Shown: positions 61,111 to 64,000 of the stretch, piece after piece
Layout of the letters: every line of letters begins with the position of its first letter
Numbering within the stretch: position 1 is the first letter of the stretch
From: Mobula hypostoma
Taxonomy: Eukaryota
Reading direction: 5' to 3'
DNA length: 64,000 nt
Assembly: GCF_963921235.1 (NCBI RefSeq)
Contig: NC_086097.1
Span: 193,628,001 to 193,692,000, forward strand
The notes under the pieces: model-generated
What the model saw: the letters and a program-made list of their open reading frames with translations, nothing else
Database searches by the model: none
What the model was told of the DNA's origin: nothing
Position numbers and translations under genes: made by a program

Positions 61111-63499
61111 TTTCTTCTGCATTGATCCACTCAGCAAATCTTCACAATCCTTTGTCAGGACTTGCAGTCAGATGCCTTGCAGTTCTTCTACCTAATTGTT
61201 GTCTCATTTGAATTTTTCAGACTAAACTAAAAGAGACATTAATTCAACTTTAGTTTAGTCCTCTAAGAAATTATGGCCAATTACAAATACAGCTTAGAAA
61301 ATTATGACTATGCATTGACATCAGTAAATACAACAATAACTGATTAACATTGATTATTTTAACTGAAGTTTTATTTCCTTTATTATTTCCTTTCCTTCGA
61401 CTAAAGCAGAAATTAAGGCATTGTGTCTTTATGTTTGTAAAGATAACTGAGATTTTTTTGTTTTTTGTCTTTGTACTTGATTTTCATCTTCTATTGGTAT
61501 TAAAACTATATTTGGTAAAGATTAATAACCATTATTGAGACTTGAAATAAATAAATATTTGGACAATTAAAAAAAATAGAAGATGACATTGGGCTGAGCA
61601 GATCATTTCATAAGTGAGTTACAATAGAAAAACGGGGTAAATTTTAAAAAGAATGAAATTTAAGAAGTTACTCTCAATGTTTTAATAGAAATATCACAAG
61701 TCTTGAGCATATTTCAGTGTCTAATATTCAGCCATTTAATTTATATAGGCAATTGTATACCCTCAACTCCCATGTTTCTAATTAAATTTGCTGAATAATC
61801 ATGTCCAAATATATATTTTTTAACATAAGTCAATTGAGTACATATGTGTTGCCATAATTCTTAAATTGGTACCAAATTTAATGCCAACTGCTATTCAGAA
61901 AGAAAATATTTAATTCTGTAAAAAGCAGCATTTGCGTATTACGGATCACATAATAAGTGGGCCAGATCTTGTTCGTATGGACCCCCAGTCCAAAACTGTC
62001 ACCTGTCATCAATACTTGTCTGAGCTTGATGCAGAAGACCAACCTTGTTGGCCTCTAAATGTACTGGACTCCCACGGTGTGGCCTGGCAGCATCAAAGAC
62101 TTCAGGTGCACCTCTGAAATCCTACTTTAAACCTCCTTGAAATCTTTGACAATGGGCAAACCTTCAACTGAAATAAATATCTAATGGTAAAAGAAATAAA
62201 CAATTAAATATGAAAAACAATACCTAAAAATCCTTCCGTAATTAAAAGCTAATCATTTTAAAAAGCATTCCAATCCTCTATCTAAAGCCCTGTGATCCCT
62301 ATTGAAATCAATGGAGCCCATGGATCTTTGATACCATGATGATCATCAATGCTGTAGGTCTAATTTAAAACAGAATCCAAGAAGTGATTATTCCATTGCA
62401 AATGCAGAGCAATCTGATAAAATTAGACTTTGCCATTGTATTCCACATAGAATCCTGGAATGGAGTGAACTGGTAAATTCAGTGTTTGCCAAAAAAAAAT
62501 CTGAGTCAATGCAAGTGGAATGTTTAATTCAAATGTTGTTTCAAATATCAATGTTATGAATACTACAACTTCAAGGAAAATGGAAACTCTACCATGTTCA
62601 GTTCTTATTGTAAATTGGTGTTGTCAGAATTTGAGTTCTGGTTATAGTAATTGCTATTTGGAATGTTATTCTTTAACTTATTATTAATGTTCTTTTGAAC
62701 TGTCATCGACTGGGGGCAAAGAAGGCAAATATCTGAATGACCTCAATTCCATCTCATGCATAACAACTATATGCAAAGGTGTATATGTAGCACTTTGAAT
62801 GGTGGAGCAAATTTTAATAAGAGCAAATGCAGCATGTTAAGATTTTTTTTAAATGATCCCTCATCAAATGAATATATTAGCGGATTCTCCAATATTTGGT
62901 GACTACCTACTGCTGGAAAATTGTACGAAGCAGTGACAATTGTGAGACAGATTCTGAATATTCTAGAGTTATCATTTGAACTTGAAGGATTTCCAATATT
63001 AAAGTTCATGTACTTCAGTTGGGACATCTAACTTAATTAGAACTGCTAAGCTACCATCATTCAGCCATATGGCATACAAATCTATTATCACCAGTTTATA
63101 AATAGCTGAACACTGCATCAAAACTATAGAACAGTTTGCCTAATCATATATACTCCTTTAGAAATGCTTGTTTAGCTATAAAATTATTGCAGTGAAATAT
63201 GTTCATAGATTTTCAGTTTTACTTTTTCTTTCTGCAGTGCATTATTTTCAAATTTCACCTCTTGAAATATGCCATTTTATTGTGTTTATTCCACAACTAA
63301 CTTGCATGTATAAATTCTGATGAACCTTTGAAATGCAAGTACTGCCATGATGAAAGGAAGCACAACATCAAATTTGCAGAATAATCCTCTTTCATAATGT
63401 TAATTGAAGAAAATTTCTGGTTGTGATACTAGGACAACCCCTTTCTGTACTTCAAATAGTGCTTTAGATTCCTTTGATTGATGTGAAAAGACTTAAAAA

Positions 63500-63630
63500 G
63501 CCTAGGTTTAATGTTTCATCTGAAAGATGGCATCTCTGACATTACATCTTTCCCATAGCACTTTTAGTCTAGATTATGTACCAGTATCTCAATGGAGAGA
63601 TCAGCATACTACACTAACCTAATGCTATCT
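63500..63630 (-). mobile_element. Deu-domain SINE fragment
   Basis: GGTTTAATGTTTCATCTGAAAGATGGCATCTCTGACA resembles the recalled antisense Deu core. Confidence 0.5.
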
Positions 63631-64000
63631 CCCAAAAAACAGTATTAATGCAAGTACAATTCTTAATTTTATTACCTCATTCAATTTTACATCACATTTT
63701 CTTTTCCTGCTTTTTTATGCAGTGCAGACACTATAGTTTCTCCTATATAACTGACACTTGCTATTTCAAATGTTCTACAGTTAGTTTCAATGATAAACTC
63801 AAAAGTTCTGTGACAAGCAAATATAAAACCTATGCAACCAGCAGGATCAACATTGGTACAAAAATGAGAAATTCTGAATTGACTAACTAGTGCCCAGAAG
63901 AATAAAGTGGGATCTTATTTTATATGGCAAGGACTTCATTTGGGAGGGGCTACCTACAATCATCATGTCAACATTGATGAACTTGTGGAATTGGTGACTG

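Noticed and set aside
58421..64000. Next MYOM1 exon (CDFEDTAQY-like)
   Set aside because: No matching segment with splice sites was found; it presumably lies beyond the window.

Overview
Vertebrate nuclear DNA. The repeat content (CR1, Rex1/Babar, Penelope, V-SINE, Deu-domain SINE) suggests a cartilaginous fish, probably a ray or skate (inference). There are three parts. (1) Bases 1-12.2 kb form a compound macrosatellite that runs off the left edge: ten ~430-bp cores, two of them partial, separated by variable GGAACT(C/T)-based heptamer arrays. On the minus strand each core reads as the LTR 3' end, primer-binding site (PBS) and gag N-terminus of a Tf1/sushi-type Gypsy retrotransposon, so the array appears to be an amplified retrotransposon junction. 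(2) A decayed chromoviral Gypsy element at 21014-25796 has both LTRs, a target-site duplication (TSD), a self-priming PBS, an RNase H deletion and an internal pol-to-gag duplication. (3) The 5' part of myomesin-1 (MYOM1) lies on the + strand: a MEF2-bearing promoter, a probable non-coding first exon and four coding exons (27752-27888, 47786-47978, 53087-53244, 58328-58420), with transposon-filled introns; the gene continues past the window. All assignments were made by eye from recalled motifs with no database searches, and boundaries of old repeats are approximate.
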